From NCBI GenBank assembly GCA_020137815.1, contig CM035359.1, positions 3,100,001 to 3,164,000 on the forward strand: 64,000 bases of DNA, in the 5' to 3' direction. The notes beneath the pieces are model-generated. The model was not told where the DNA came from, did not search any database, and worked only from the letters and a program-made list of their open reading frames with translations. The translations under genes and the position numbers were made by a program. Shown here piece after piece: positions 62,944 through 64,000 of the stretch. The DNA is from Hormiphora californensis (taxonomy: Eukaryota > Animalia > Ctenophora). Each line of letters starts with the position of its first letter. Positions within the stretch are counted from its first letter, which is position 1.

Positions 62944-64000
62944 GTAACATATGTTCTTCGATAAATATACAGGAACTGACCGACACAAGTAAACAACCAA
63001 TCGTTATTTAGGTCGCGTCACTGCAGTTATCAGCCAATCAGGGACCAGTATTTCCTGATTGGGTCGGTTCCTGTATATAATTCGATTTAACTTAAAAGCA
63101 GTTTTATTAAACTTTATAACAATAGCATATTATATTAGCTGCACTAATCGATTTCTATTATTATGGAGGCTTTTAGCAGGTCTGGGCTTATTCTTAAAAG
63201 CTTTCTACACTGTACCGTATCCCTTTTAGAGGGAAAAAAACTTTTCTTGGAAATGGAAGGAAACGAAACCTTTAAATTATATTATATGGACAATAGCTAA
63301 CGAACAATGTCCGACTAATGGGAAAAGGTACTATGCAGTCAATCGCCTTGGGGGAGACCGGTAACGCGATATTTAAGCAATTCATACTTGTAAATGTTAC
63401 AATTGTTTAGGAACTCTTTTGCTCAATTATATAACTCCAACAAAACGTGCCATACAACGCGATACCAGCTGTAACGCAGTAACGCAGTGAGCCAGGCTGA
63501 AAATATAAGTGCCAGCTGTTTATACGCCTAAACTGTGCAGATTGCAATAAAACACAAGTATTACTGATAGATTCGAACCCAGTGGAGTCTCTAATTGGTA
63601 GCACCATCACATATGTAAACCTCAGAAAAGTGATTTTTTTACCCCCCCCCCCCTCTGGCCTTAAATAAGGACACACGAAACTGGGGGTTTGAGAACTTAC
63701 CTCATATAACAACAGTCAACACGGGCCGTAGTATTATATGAGGTAACTCCAACCCCCCCGTATTTCCAACCACCCAGTCTACGACAAGCAATATCCTATT
63801 TTTTGCCTAGCTATAGACCCTGTTTCGCGTGACCCGCCCGCTCCTTTACATTAATGTAAAGGGAGGGATAGAAAAAATTATTATTTCGTTCAGGTGTTAT
63901 ACGTATACCCCCTTCGGCCTTCCCGAATCAGGAAATACTGGTCCCTGATTGGCTGATAACGGTAACCAATCACGTGACCTAAATAACGAGTTATGATTGG

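Overview
Eukaryotic, intron-rich animal DNA, probably a ctenophore such as Pleurobrachia or Hormiphora. That assignment is an inference from the repeat and GPCR families. The ORF track is mostly noise, so gene models were rebuilt by hand from GT-AG boundaries and exon phase. Genes found: a 5'-truncated PCM1 (pericentriolar material 1) on + running to 32211; an LDLa-repeat 7TM receptor nested on the same strand in a PCM1 intron, with one frameshift; a minus-strand gene resembling only the PLC-beta C-terminal coiled coil; PLAC8/cornifelin-like, SPA17-like (RIIa D/D) and orphan class-A GPCR genes on -; and the start of a probable secreted-protein gene. Introns hold a near-intact RTE LINE and many non-autonomous DNA transposons, including a four-level nest. 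The strongest leads are: (1) a poly-G-ended transposon inside a coding exon that carries an in-frame GT/AG pair, i.e. introner-like; (2) a family of poly-G-capped elements, each with its own phased 10-mer array, two with central tRNA-like B-boxes; (3) a twice-inserted ~0.67 kb element whose internal segment is complementary to its joined ends, like a DIRS ICR; (4) the apparently stand-alone PLC-beta CTD. Region ~50.0-52.0 kb looks like poor consensus sequence.
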